DNA from: Heterodontus francisci
Lineage: Eukaryota
Reading direction: 5' to 3'
Length of the DNA stretch: 64,000 bases
Assembly (NCBI RefSeq): GCF_036365525.1
Contig: NC_090404.1
Location: 12,242,550 to 12,306,549 of the forward strand
Part shown: one piece after another, positions 1-12,029 of the stretch
Layout: the number at the start of each line of letters is the position of its first letter
Position numbering within the stretch: the first letter of the stretch is position 1
Made by a program: the position numbers and the translations under genes
The notes under the pieces: generated by a model
Seen by the model: the letters and a program-made list of their open reading frames with translations, nothing else
What the model was told of the DNA's origin: nothing
Databases searched by the model: none

Positions 1-1085
1 GAGGAACTGGCGCATAGGATCGGAGACAGGCTCTGTTGTAATATGAACAGGGACAAGGTCTTGTGCAGGAATACTAAGACAGGGCCCAGTGCAGCAATTA
101 TTGATACAGGACATATAGTAATCTAAACCAACACTGGGGATCGTTCAGTAATTACTGAGACAGGGCCTAGCGCAGTAAAAACTGGAATTGGGTCTCGTGT
201 AGTATTCACAGACATGGGATAGTGCAATTTAAACAGATACATGTTCCAGTGTAATATGAAATGGGTCGTGTACAATAATAAGTGAGACAGAGTTTTGTGT
301 AATGTGTGCAGAGACATGGTATAGTATAGTCAGAAGTGAAACAGAGCCTAGTGTAAGAAAAAAACTGAGACAAGTTCCAGTGCAGTTTTAACTGATAGAG
401 AACATTGTGCAATATAAACTGAGACAGTCCCTGGTGCAGCTATTACTGATACAAGACCTGGATTTCTATGAGCTGGGACATGGACAAATGCAGTAATAGG
501 TGAGACAGGATTCCGTGTAGTGGTATCAGTTAACAGCGAGATGGTTCATTACAGTAATAACGGAGACAGGACATTGTGTGATAGAAACAGAAACGTGGCC
601 TAATGCAGCAATAACTTAGACAGGGCATTGTGTAATGCAAGCAGAAACATGGTCCAGTATATTAACACCTGAGATTAGGCTAATGTAGAAATACCTGAGG
701 CATGGAATGCTTTAACATGATCTGAGAAATTGTTTGTTGTAATACAAATAGGAAAATGACCAAGTGTAATATAAACAGAGACACCATTTAGTATAGCATT
801 GACTAAAGCAAGCTTTAGCTTCATATAAAAGCAAAATACTGCGGAGTTCCGAAGAAGGGTCACTGACCCGAAACGTTAACTCTGCTTCTCTTTCCACAGA
901 TGCTGCCAGACCTGCTGAGTGGTTCCAGCATTTCTTGTTTTTATTTTAGCTTCATGTAAACTGAGACAGGGTCTAGTGTAATATAAATAGAGAAAAGGTC
1001 TAGTGTAATATAAACAGAGTAATTGTCTTGTGTAATATAAACAGAGACAGGGTCTAGAGCAGTATTAACTGAGGCAGCGCCTGTT
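1..1085 (+). repeat. Degenerate ~27-bp tandem satellite (TAGTGTAATATAAACAGAGACAGGGTC-like)
   Basis: Repeated units such as gagacagggtctagtgtaatataaat (962-990); interrupted at ~830-945 by an interspersed repeat. Confidence 0.85.
830..945. mobile_element. Short shark interspersed repeat (gatgctgccagacctgctgagt...ccagcatttc family); further copies ~7730-7860, 22275-22600, 33585-33670, 46810-46868 plus 48150-48250
   Basis: Shared motif aaaatactgcggatgctggaaat...aaatgctggaa...cagcaggtctggcagcatctgtg in both orientations; class not determined. Confidence 0.6.
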
Positions 1086-3144
1086 TCTGGTAATATAAGC
1101 CAACGGGCTTTCACTGACACGTGGTGCTTGTGTTTGGCCATTGTTCCTGTTGTGAAAAAGTCGAAGTCAGTTACTGTTTCTGATATTAATACATCAAGGA
1201 ACAACTTGCATTGCGATAGCAGCTCATCACCTTCTCTGGAAGGTCCCAAAATTTGAGGTGCAACTGATTCCAGATGAACGTGGCCGATTTGTGTGCAGAA
1301 ACACCAGGAATAGAGCAAAGTGCCTGAACTCTTGTTAATGCATTTTCGTTGATCTTGGTTGATTAGGTTGTGGCACGTGAGGCAGAATCTGCCTCTCAAG
1401 GGTTGGCCTTCACAGCGTCAGCAAAGGTGCACCAAGAGAAGACACCCAACCTAAATTGATTGTTTGCTGCATGCGCATCATCTTTCTGTAGCTGGAAGAT
1501 GCCAAACCATTATTGAAGGGCAGAATGTTGACCAGGGGACAATGTGGGGACCATGGGAACTTTAATATCTAACTCAACAGATAAGGGGGAGGGGAGAGAT
1601 TATTGGTTCATGATATCATCTGAAAGACAATGGGGGCGATTTGCACCGATACTTTAAATGCTACAGAGCCTCCAATGGAGCCAAGGTTGGATCTTAAGAT
1701 GAAGAATTGATCTAGACTGCGTTTAACGGAAGATACCACCTTGGATAAGGTGTTGACGCTTGTGCTTGGATCAGTCACCCGCAGGATCATTCAGCAGCTG
1801 ATTGCCACTGAAATCGCCTGTTTGTGCTCATTAAAGAGGCTGGACTTCATTTCAGCAACTCGCACTTGACCGATCTTCTCTATAAACAGCTTCCAGCTGA
1901 GTGGGGTAAACAAGTTGTTACAGAGGGCTTTTATGCTACTTAATGGTACGACACCTTTTACTGTCCACTTGCTGCTGTAGATTTGAAGAGGAGTTTTGAA
2001 ACCCATCAGGAGAATTTCTGGAACACTTTTTCGACTTCGCTAACATACCATCAACATTTATTCTTGGAATTCTCTGACGGTCTCACCCAAAAAATGTAAG
2101 AGCTGTGTGACTTGACCTGAGAGGAGTCACTGGGATAAATGGAATGCTTGGTCATCGGCATCTTCCTGGCTGGTCAAATGGGGTGAGGACTTGCGGCCAG
2201 GAAGAGCAGCACCAGCTGCTGCAGCAGACTGAGACAGGAGGGTGAGGTGGTGTCCTTCCCCTTTGCGGGTACAGGACGTCCCTGCTCCCCTGGATCTCCT
2301 CCACCAGGAACTGCAATGCTGTGCATGAGAATCTGTGCACCCATTCAAATGGTTCCTGAGCCATCCTGAAACATGTCACTGTGTGTCAGCCAGGTTATCC
2401 CACGCTTATAGTAGAAGTGGGTGCATGGAGCTCACAGAATCTTCTTCAAGAAAATTGTGTTCAATCAGCACTTGAGTGCTAAACCTGCTGGTCATGGTTT
2501 AATGCCTCCAGGCAAGTTCAATTATGGTAATCAGCAATCAAGATCAAAATTATCTGCTAAATCCAGACATTCAAACAGAGGTGTTTCACTAGCACAGTGC
2601 CCATTTAGACTCTCCTTTCACTCTTTCACCAAAATCACCCCCTAAGTGTATGTTATATATGTGTGCGTGTATGTGTACAAACCTCATCATGTTGTTTGCA
2701 ATTCCACAAACATAAATAGTTAGCTCACCAATTATTTTCAGCATTTCATGATATTTAATTCAAAATGTAATTGCAGACCGAGGGTAATGAGCAGCTGCTC
2801 ACCCGTGTTTGTGCTTTATTGTTAAGTGATCACCTCACCATCACAGAAGCTGCTGGTATATACCTCACATGTGTGATGATTTGTGCAAGTAATGGTAAAA
2901 ATGAAACTACCTGTACCTAACGTGGTTAATAAATTTGTAAATGACTGATGTATAATTTCCCTCGTTTGCAAAGGAACGAAACACTTGCTGCTTTCCAGTG
3001 AAATTTGCAACATTTTTGTTTCCACAGACTTCACTTTTAGCCCGTTACCTTCAATATTTCGTTCCCGACGTCTTCCATTTTTGTATGGTTTAGTTCATTG
3101 ACATCTGAGGCAAGACCTACCATGTTTTAGGAAGTGACATAGTT

Positions 3145-3860
3145 CAGTTGAATAAATAGAGACATGGCCTAGTGCAGCAATAATTGAGACATCGCCTAGC
3201 ATAATATAGAAAGCAACATGGTCTAGTGTAATGCAAGTGGGACATGACCTCGTGTCGTAATAACTGAGCAAGGCCTAATGTATTAGAAACAGACAAATGG
3301 TCTCCTGCACTAATAACTACACAGTAAGCTGAGACAGGGCCTCGTGTGATAGAAACAAAGATAGGGTCCGATGCAGTAATAGGTAAGACAGGGCCTAGTG
3401 TAATATGAGCTGAAGCATGGTCTAGTGCTGTAATAACCTCAAATGGATCGTGTGCAATGTAAACAAAGAGATGGTCTAATGCAGTGCCAACTGAGATAAT
3501 GTCAAGTGTAATATAAACGAGTGCAGTAATAAAGGAGGCAGTGCCCAGTGTAACATAAATAGAGACAGGGTCCAGTGAAATATCAACAGAGACTCTATTT
3601 CGTCGAGTACTAAATGAGGCAGGATCTGGTGCAATAGAAATAGAGACATGGTTTAATAACTGAGAGAGGAGTTGCTGCAATATAAACAAATGGAATGAGA
3701 TGTCTTCTAGTGCAGTCATAATTGAGACATAATCTTCTATAATATACTAAGAGGCACAATACTCGGCATTTAAAACTGAGACATTAGCATAATAACAACA
3801 ACAGAAATAGAGTCGGGTGGAATATAAACAGGATCTAGTGTAATGTAATGTAATATGCAC
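3145..3860 (+). repeat. ~27-bp satellite block, same family as 1-1085
   Basis: gagacatgg/acagggcctagtg(t/c)aatataaa units. Confidence 0.8.
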
Positions 3861-4589
3861 TACAAGACCATGTATATGTTCATATTACGTCAGGCCTGGT
3901 CTCAGTTCTCATTGCCACGAAGCCATATACCACACGAGTAGAAAAATAATGATAATGCTAAACCTTCAAAAAAAAAACTCCTCAGCTGGAGTAATGTAAC
4001 AATCTCAGAGAGACGACTGGGTTTGAGGGATAACAATAAAGGTGAAAACTAGTGCATGGCACTTTGCACGACTGATTGACAAACTCTGTTATGTTAAAGT
4101 TTACTAATTCACTCTTGTGTTGTGCTGTGATAATTGCTCACAGTTTCTTTTCTTAGTTAAGGGTTGTTTTTCCTGCAGGATTTTCTATTTAGTTTTCCTC
4201 TGACCCACTGTCTATGCCCGACAGAGTCTGAAACCGTGACCACACAGCACAGCCGTATGGGCTGCCGTAGGGTCCTAAACTCCACCCAATGATTAAGCTC
4301 TCAGCTGCGAGATCGGAAAAAACTCGAGTGCATTTATATATAATACATATGTGTATATGTGTGCTTTTATTTATACAGAATATATATATAAAATGTGTGT
4401 GGATATGTGATTGTGTGGAAAGCACATCATTATTTATATTTACAAGCTGAAGTGACGAAGAGAGGTGATTATCTTCACAAATTATGTTTTTGGCATTTTA
4501 TTTCCTTCTATTCAAAACGTATTTGCAGATCATTTAATACATTTGACCAAGGCTCGAAATTTATTGCACAAGACGTTTTCACTGTTCAC

Positions 4590-4960
4590 ATGATGTCACA
4601 TCTCTATCTATGGATGTGGAAAGGATGTTTACTGTTGTGGGAGTATCTAAAACTAGGGGTCACTGTTCAAAAAAAGGGGTCATCCATTTAAAACAGAGAC
4701 GAGATTTTGCTTTCTCTCAGAGGGTCGTGAGTCTTTGGAACTTTGTTCCTCATAAGGCGGTGGAAGCAGAGATTTTGAATATTTTTAAGGCAAAGGTAGA
4801 TAGATTCTTTATAAGGAAAGGGATGAAAGGTTTTTGTTCGCCGATAGGCATCTGAAGTTGAGGTTATAATCCGATCCGCCATGATCTAGTTGGATGGCGC
4901 AACAGCCTCGAGCGGCCAAGTGGCCTATTCCTGCTCCTAATTCGTATGCTTGTATGTATG
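4590..4960 (+). mobile_element. CR1-type LINE 3' fragment
   Basis: ORF 4610-4855 VERMF..VGVSKTRGH...FSQRVVSLWN, typical of the CR1 ORF2 C-terminus, followed by the ggcctattcctgctcc 3' UTR. Confidence 0.85.
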
Positions 4961-5109
4961 TTAGATGCTCTCATTTGTTACTGAATTGCACAATGTGTCA
5001 ATTAAGATTGCACTAGATCCTATCTCAGTTATGAATACACCACGCCATGTGTCTGTTTATATTATATTAGCCCTTGTCTCAAGTGTCATTGCACTATGCC
5101 ACAGAATAC

Positions 5110-6680
5110 TCCAGTGCAAAAATGATTATGATAAACTTTTACAAAACACCAGTAGGCCTTAGCTGGAGTATTGTATCCAATTCAGGGTGCCACATTTTCA
5201 GAAGGACTGAGCCTTGGGGAAGGTCCAGAAAATACTTTCTAAACTGGGACCAGGGATGAAAGATTCCAGTAACTTGGAGAGACTGGAGAAGCTGAGGTTG
5301 TTCTGCCGAGAGCAGAGAAGGTTAAAAGGAGATTTCATAGAGGCGTTCAAAATCATGAACTGTTTTGATAGAATAAATAAACTGAAAATATTTTCAGTGG
5401 CAGAAGAATCGGTAACGAGAGGGAACAGATTCAAAGTAAATAGCGAAGTAATCAAAGGCTACATATAAATGACTTGGATCTTGGAATGCAAAGTAGAATC
5501 GCAATATTTGTCAATGACATCAAACTTGGAGGTATGGCAAACAGTGAGGATGATATGAACCACTTGCAACAGGACATAGATAGGCTAGCAGAGTGGGCCG
5601 ACAAGTGGCAGATGGAATTTACTGCTGCCTAGTGTGAGGTGATGCATTTTGGCAGAAGGAATAGGGAGAGGCAATATATACTTTACGGCACAGTTCCAAA
5701 GATTGTGCAGGAACAGAGGGACCTAGGGGTGCACGTGCATCAATCTTTGAAGGCGGCAGGACATATTGAGAGAGTGTTTAGCAAAGCACATGGGATCTTG
5801 GGCTTCATAAATAGAGGCATTGAGAACAAAAGCAGGGAAGTTATGCTGAAACTTTATAAAGCTCTGGTAAGGCCCAAATGGAGTATTGCGCCCAGTTCTG
5901 GCCACCATACTTTAGGAAGAATGTGATGGGCCTTGAGAGAGATTTATCACAATGGTTACAGGGATGGAGGAAGTTAGTTCCCAATTAGTTTGGAAAAACT
6001 GGGGTTATTCTTCTTGGAACAAAAGGGATTGAAAGGAGATTTAATAGAAATGTACAAGATTATGACAGGCTTAGATAAGTTAGAGAAGGAAAAACTGTTT
6101 ACATTAACTAATGGTACAAGGACTAGGGGACACAGATTGAAGGTTTTGGGCAAGAGATTGAGGGCGAATATGAGAAATCAGTTTTTTATGCAGCAGGTAG
6201 TAATGATCTGGAACTCGCTGCACACGAGGGTGGTAGAAGCAGCGACAGCAAATGACTTCAAAATGAAACTGGATGACAACTCGAAGAAAATAGACTTGCA
6301 GGGCTACGATGATCAAACGGAGGAGTGGAGCTGAATAAATAGCTCTGTTAAGAGCCGGCGTGGTCCCGATGAGCTGAATGGCCTCCTTCTGTGCTGTAAA
6401 TGACTCTATAACTCAATGACTCTCGGCGATATCAGGGGGAAGACAAATGACAGACCAAATTGTTTTTATCTGGATTTACTGCCTGAAAGAGTGGTGGAAT
6501 CAGATTGAATAAGAACTTTAAAAAGGGAATTTAATAAATATTTCAAATGGAAACAAATGGCACGGCTCTGGGGAAATAGCAGGGGGTAGTGGAATAACTG
6601 AATAGTTCTTTCAAAAAGCTGATACTGCCCTTAAGAGCTGAATGGACTCCTTCGCAGCTTTATCATTCTATGAGTGTATG
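5110..6680 (+). mobile_element. Stacked degenerate CR1-type LINE ORF2 fragments
   Basis: ORFs 5214-5468, 5639-5926 and 5990-6334 (EQRDLGVHVH, LYKALVRP, RTRGHRLK) with stops and frameshifts. Confidence 0.85.
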
Positions 6681-7959
6681 ATTTACTGGCTCAATCCAAC
6701 ACTCCTTTTTTTTACACCTATTGTTAATAAAAAGAACAAAAGCAAAATGTTGCCTTTATGTAGCCCCTTTCACGACCACAGGACGTTTCAAAGGCTTTTC
6801 AAACAATGGCGTACTCCTGCTCATATTCCTTAGGTTCTTATCACAATGACCTGAGACCTCAAGCTGAGTAAATCTCACTGAAGTACTGAACTCGTGAACA
6901 ATTCAGTCAATGCATGAATGGACTGAATGGAGTGGCTCTGGGGAATGTGGTCAAAGGAGTGAAGGACAGTTGTCTTTGCGACCACAATGTGCAATACCCA
7001 CAGGATATATTTCACTGTGGCCAATGATTTGCAATGAATATATGGCGGTAAAGCAAGTTACAGTTCATGCTCCTTTAATCCGTGCTGTTTGGAATGGTGT
7101 GACTGGACCAGTCTCACCATTAATGTGGGGATGTGGAAAACGTATCCAATCGTTTGCTACATTTCTGCTGTGACTGAAGTAATTCTGGTGAGGATATGTT
7201 GCGTGCTTGTTGTACATGAAAGGACCACATGTTCAGAAATATTACAATCGTCCCTTCACAACCCAGACATATTCTCCCTTTATATCTTTGAGATGAAAAT
7301 CTGTCATTTGCAGAGAATGATCATCAGCACCACGGGGATATCTCCAGGCCTCTCTTGGCGAATTAAGCTCGTTACTTCTGGTTATCCTAGGTATTGAAAT
7401 GATCCCAGAAATTCAGGAAGGACTGAATGCGTCAGAGAGATACAAATGAAATAAAGGGGCTACTTCATGTTAGGAATATTCAATCACAAAGATGTGATTG
7501 CAGAACAGTATCTTTCAGGGCCATCTATCCATCTATCCATCTGTCCGTCAGTTCATCCATTATCAATCAACACGGTCATCGGTACTTGTAACAAAACATT
7601 CGGACATTCAGGCTATCTCTCCTTCTTCTGCCCTATCACACACGTTCCCTTTTGTCCTCCTTCACCACCACCTCACCCCCACCACTTTCACTTGCTCAAA
7701 ACGTATTACATTTCTAACCTTTCCCAGTTCTGACGAAAGTCAGAGACCTGAAAGGTTACCTCTGGTTCTCTCTCCACAGATGCTGCCTGACCGGCTCAGT
7801 ATTTCCAGCACTTTATGCTTTTATTTCAGATTTCCAGCATCCGCAGTATTTTGATTTTATTTAAACATCCAATGATAGATCCATTCCAGCTATGCAACAG
7901 CCTCCATCCACGCAAACAAGCATATTTATCTATTTCAGAATGTATCATCTCTCTGAGGC

Positions 7960-8035
7960 CCTCTCTGTCTATCTGTCGATCTATCTATCCATCTGTCTGT
8001 CTGCCTGTCTGTCCACATAGCTATCTGTCTATCTG

Positions 8036-8096
<61 letters not shown>
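7960..8096 (+). repeat. (TCTA)n/(TCTG)n microsatellite
   Basis: Perfect tatc run 8037-8095. Confidence 0.95.
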
Positions 8097-9299
8097 ACAA
8101 TGGTATAATGCGCTGCACAGATGCTCCAGCGGACTTTTGCTCCCAACGAGGTGTCTGTGACTCTGGATATATTTCTTTTCCTGTGAGATGGGAACAGTTC
8201 ATGTAGGTACACAACTGGAAAAATAAAATTGACTTCAGTGTTGTTGCTGGGTAGATGTGTTTATGAATAGGTCTCATTGACAATGTTAAGGATTTGAAGC
8301 TGGCTTGCAGCCAAGCAGTCAGTAATGCGGAAACAGATCTTTGATTTACTGCACAGAACTGCCAGATGCTTCCTGTAAATTACATTGGATGTCCGAGTCT
8401 CCCTGACAACAGTCAGCTGGGTTGCTGCCAATTACTGTGTGGGACAAATTAGCGTGAATATGAATCTGCAAAGATGGGATTTAACCTTTTAAACATTATC
8501 TTATTCAGCAGGGTTCTGAGAAAAATAAAGAAAGCATTTTACAGTATTACATCTAAAGAGTTATTTTCGGTAAATTCAGTGCTCATATCACAATAAAATG
8601 GGACAGCAAAATAATAAATTGACCCATGTGACAATTAAATATAATTCTAGGGAATTAAGTCAATTTATTTTTGTACTGCATGAATCTCTACAGAGAGATT
8701 TTAATTACCCCATACCCACATCGTAATGAGAAATGTGGGAATCGCAAAGTAATAGGTGGAATTGCCTCTGCATTTCCTTCAATTTTCTCACATTCATACT
8801 AAAGACTCCTTTATTAGTGATAACAGCTGCGTACCGTACAGTTTAATTTATGATGGTTTGGGCTGCATATTCAGCCCTCTCATAGACAGGATACCAATGG
8901 ATAGAGTAATGCACAGTTTGAGATCCGTTTCCACAGCAGATAAAGCGTTTGTTTTTGTGATATGCTGCAGCATAAACGTTAAGATCTGATACACTGTGTT
9001 CCCGATGCCAGTGTCTGTTAAACAGTCTATCGCTATTAAAGTTAGCTGCAATGATCTGGGTGCCGAGGATAGATTTGCTGATCACCATATCTGTTTTGAT
9101 TCACCAGATTGTCTTTCTCAAAAACTGATCTGAATTTTATGTGTTACTCCTTAATTATCAGGCAAACGGACATTTCTGTCAGGCAATTTTCAAAGGACTG
9201 GCTTCGGGTTACAGAGTCAGGAACAGCTCGAGCAATGCAGACAGAGAGGGGGGTGAAAGAGAGAGAGAAAGATAGATACTTGTGTAATGCGAGGAGTTT

Positions 9300-9672
9300 C
9301 TATTCTCACAGGACTTGACAGGGTAGATGCAGGAAGGATGTTCCCGATGGTGGGAGAGTCCAGAACCAGGGGGCATTGTCCAAGGATACGGGGGAAACCT
9401 TTCATGACTGTATTGAGGAGCAATTTCTTCACCCAGAGAGTGGTGAGCCTGTGGAATTCGCTACCACAGAAAACATTTGAGGCCAAAACATTGTACGTTT
9501 TCAAAACAGAGATAGATAAAGCTCTTGGGTCTAAAGGAATCAAAGGGTATGGGAAGAAAGCCGGAACAGGCTAATGAGTTGGATGATCAGCCATGATCAT
9601 AATGAATAGCGGAGCAGGTTAGAAGGGCCGAATGGCCTCCTCCTGCTCCTATTTTCTATGTTTCGATGTTTC
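9300..9672 (+). mobile_element. CR1-type LINE 3' fragment
   Basis: ILTGLDRVDAGRMFPMVGESRTRGH...FFTQRVVSLWNSLP and gggccgaatggcct 3' UTR. Confidence 0.9.
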
Positions 9673-10038
9673 ATTTTGGTCCGAAATCGTGTAACTGCAG
9701 CCATTCATACGGCAAATAGAATCATTTTACTAATATCCTGAATTTAGCTGCATAAATTGATAACAATTCAAATTATTGGGGATTTTTCACTGGTATGGAT
9801 TGAAGGGATAGATAACGAGAGATGGATTAAAATATACTAGCAGTCATTTTAGAGCCTGGTAACGTAGTTTAATCTTAGAGATTCACATTCGCTGTGAAGA
9901 GTTGAGGAAATAATGAGATTTAATTTACAGTCCACAATGCAATTATTTCTTACTGAACGCATTCTCAACTGCAATATCTCCAATTACGCCCAAGTAACAC
10001 ATTGCATTGAAACCAGGCAACAAAATAACTATCCCTGG

Positions 10039-10196
10039 ATGCAAATAAAAAGTTCACATTTAATTCTAACCCAGTGTAATGATATGACTCCATCTGTTAA
10101 TGATGTGGAAGGTGGACGTGGATCCAGTCACTGCCTCCATCAGGGAATCAATAGGCGGCGCCTATAACCTCGCCCCCTTTTGCCGGGTATTTAAAT
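10039..10196 (+). promoter_or_regulatory. VH promoter: octamer ATGCAAAT (10039-10046) and TATA-like TATTTAAAT (10188-10196)
   Basis: Motifs ~247 and ~98 bp upstream of the leader ATG. Confidence 0.55.
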
Positions 10197-10285
10197 GCCG
10201 GTGACTGGAATCGCAACACAACAGACCGGGACCGTGTTTGCTCAGTGAGTTGTCGCCAGAACCATTTTCCCGAATTGCCAGAAGG

Positions 10286-10331
10286 ATGACATCGGCGATT
10301 TCTCTCAGTCTGTTGCTGATTTTCTTATCCC
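10286..10331 (+). CDS. IGHV: IgM VH leader exon (MTSAISLSLLLIFLS)
   Basis: 46-nt hydrophobic exon, phase-1 donor GTGAGT at 10332. Confidence 0.95.
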
Positions 10332-10458
10332 GTGAGTCGTTTTTGCCAGCCGTGTCTTGCACTGTTACTGTCTCAGTGTTAGTCTCTCTATGGAATGTGA
10401 CAGAGTCAGGAATTATTTCACCACGATTAATCCTCGGGGTTTTTGATATTTTTTACAG

Positions 10459-10764
10459 GTGTCCATTCGGACGTCGTGCTGACTCAGCCAGAGGCAGCGA
10501 CTGGAAAACCCGGAGGCTCCCTGCGACTGACCTGTAAAACCAGCGGGTTCGATCTTGAATACAGCTATATGAACTGGGTCCGACAGGTTCCCGGGAAGGG
10601 GCTGGAATGGTTGGTCAGCTACCTGGATTCATCAGATATCAATTACGCCCCAGGGATTCAGGATCGATTTACTGCATCCCATGACACTTCAAACAACATC
10701 TTCACCTTGGACATGAAGAACCTGAAGACTGAAGACACCGCCGTCTATTACTGTGCAGCAGAGT
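10459..10764 (+). CDS. IGHV: Immunoglobulin heavy variable (VH) exon, intact
   Basis: tttacag acceptor; [44 protein letters not shown] with both canonical Cys and Trp. Confidence 0.98.
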
Positions 10765-10803
10765 CACAGTGAGTGGACGTAGGGCTGGACCCGTACAAGA
10801 ACA
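10765..10803 (+). other. VH 23-RSS
   Basis: CACAGTG, 23-nt spacer, ACAAGAACA. Confidence 0.95.
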
Positions 10804-11157
10804 GATCGTGAGGGATTCGACAAATTCGGTCATAACCTGACGGTCAGTAATTGAATTAAATATATTATTAATTGCAGCAGTCAGAACCAGACCGTACACA
10901 AAACAGCACAGAGAAAATTCAATGGGACAAATCGAAGGCACTAACACTGAGTAATTCTGCCTGCGCTCAATTTTAATGTTAACAGCATCAGTAATTGCAG
11001 ACCCGGATAAGATGTTGATTTTAATGTGACTGATACCTGGAGGGAGTGACTTGGAGCTGTGTTCACTTCCTACCGCGTGGTGTAAACTTTTGGACTAGAT
11101 CAGACGTGAATTTCTGTTTGAAATGAATGTTGACAGTACTGGACAGAGAGTGAGTGC

Positions 11158-11237
11158 AGTATTTGTGCGGTTTCGTGTCACTGTGGGGACTATGGGGGTC
11201 ACGGTGCTGTACAGAGCGAGTTCCTCTTACAAAAACC
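11158..11237 (+). other. IGHD: DH1 segment (coding 11186-11199 GGGACTATGGGGGT) with 5' 12-RSS and 3' 22-RSS
   Basis: AGTATTTGT-12-CACTGTG | D | CACGGTG-22-ACAAAAACC. Confidence 0.95.
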
Positions 11238-11550
11238 CCAGACAAGCAGTTTGATCAAAGCTGCGATCACTGCCACGGCAGGAGGGTCGTAACCAATGAG
11301 AATTAAATGAAAATAATGGATAAATATAATGCAATTTGTAAAAATGTATGAAAGTCTCCGACTTTATTAGAGTTGACTGTCATGCTAAATCAGCATAGAT
11401 TCTTCAGAAGTATTTCAATCCGCTTTATAAATATAATGACCCGTACAAATTGAATTATCTCACGGATGTACTCTTCGGAGAGCGGGAATCAAGTTTTTCA
11501 AGAGTGCTGTGGAATTTAATCTCTGTATTTTACAGTTAACAGTCCGCCGC

Positions 11551-11616
11551 AGTATTTGACACGACGTGTCTCACTGTGTACTGGGTGGCACAGCAGTTCC
11601 TGTCAATACAAAAAGC
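11551..11616 (+). other. IGHD: DH2 segment (coding 11579-11588 TACTGGGTGG) with 12/12 RSS
   Basis: AGTATTTGA-12-CACTGTG | D | CACAGCA-12-ACAAAAAGC. Confidence 0.93.
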
Positions 11617-11942
11617 CCCTCAGCACTAATTGATGATCCTGGGTCACTGATCGTTTTTACAGTCCAACTGTAGATGCAGCAAAAGTGCTACTTGTGTCCA
11701 GCACTGTCCTACTCGCACGGTTTATTATGGATAAACTGATAATTATTCATTTGTCAGTTGGTGATTTCAATAATTGCTGACATGTTACTGTGTGAAATAT
11801 AAAACATCAGGGAAATTTATGAAGAGTGAAAAGAATCATTAACACAGTTATAATTTTCTGAAGAACCATCATGATTTTATTTTGCCTCTGTGGTGTGGAT
11901 ATTTAAAATAATGCTGGATTTCTCTCTATTCTGTGCAGAGCC

Positions 11943-12029
11943 GGTTATTGTGTGACCCAGCCCAGGGAATGTAACACTGTGACTATCTCGAGGACTGGGG
12001 TCAAGGGACCATGGTGACGGTGACTGCAG
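11943..12029 (+). CDS. IGHJ: JH segment (coding 11982-12029, YLEDWGQGTMVTVTA) with 5' 23-RSS
   Basis: GGTTATTGT-23-CACTGTG; WGxG motif; donor GTAAGA at 12030. Confidence 0.97.

Noticed and set aside
1680-2100. Possible decayed protein-coding stretch
   Set aside because: Several stops, no recognisable family motif, no splice structure.
3144-3719. 191-aa ORF (also 941-1399, 50228-50440 and 63739-63999)
   Set aside because: Translations of the 27-bp satellite; the periodic peptides are artefacts.
8950-8998. RSS-like TGTTTTTGT...CACTGTG
   Set aside because: Spacer is 33 nt and the adjacent sequence shows no convincing V, D or J.
10459-12029. Germline-joined VD or VDJ cluster
   Set aside because: All six RSSs and intersegment spacers are present, so the cluster is unrearranged.
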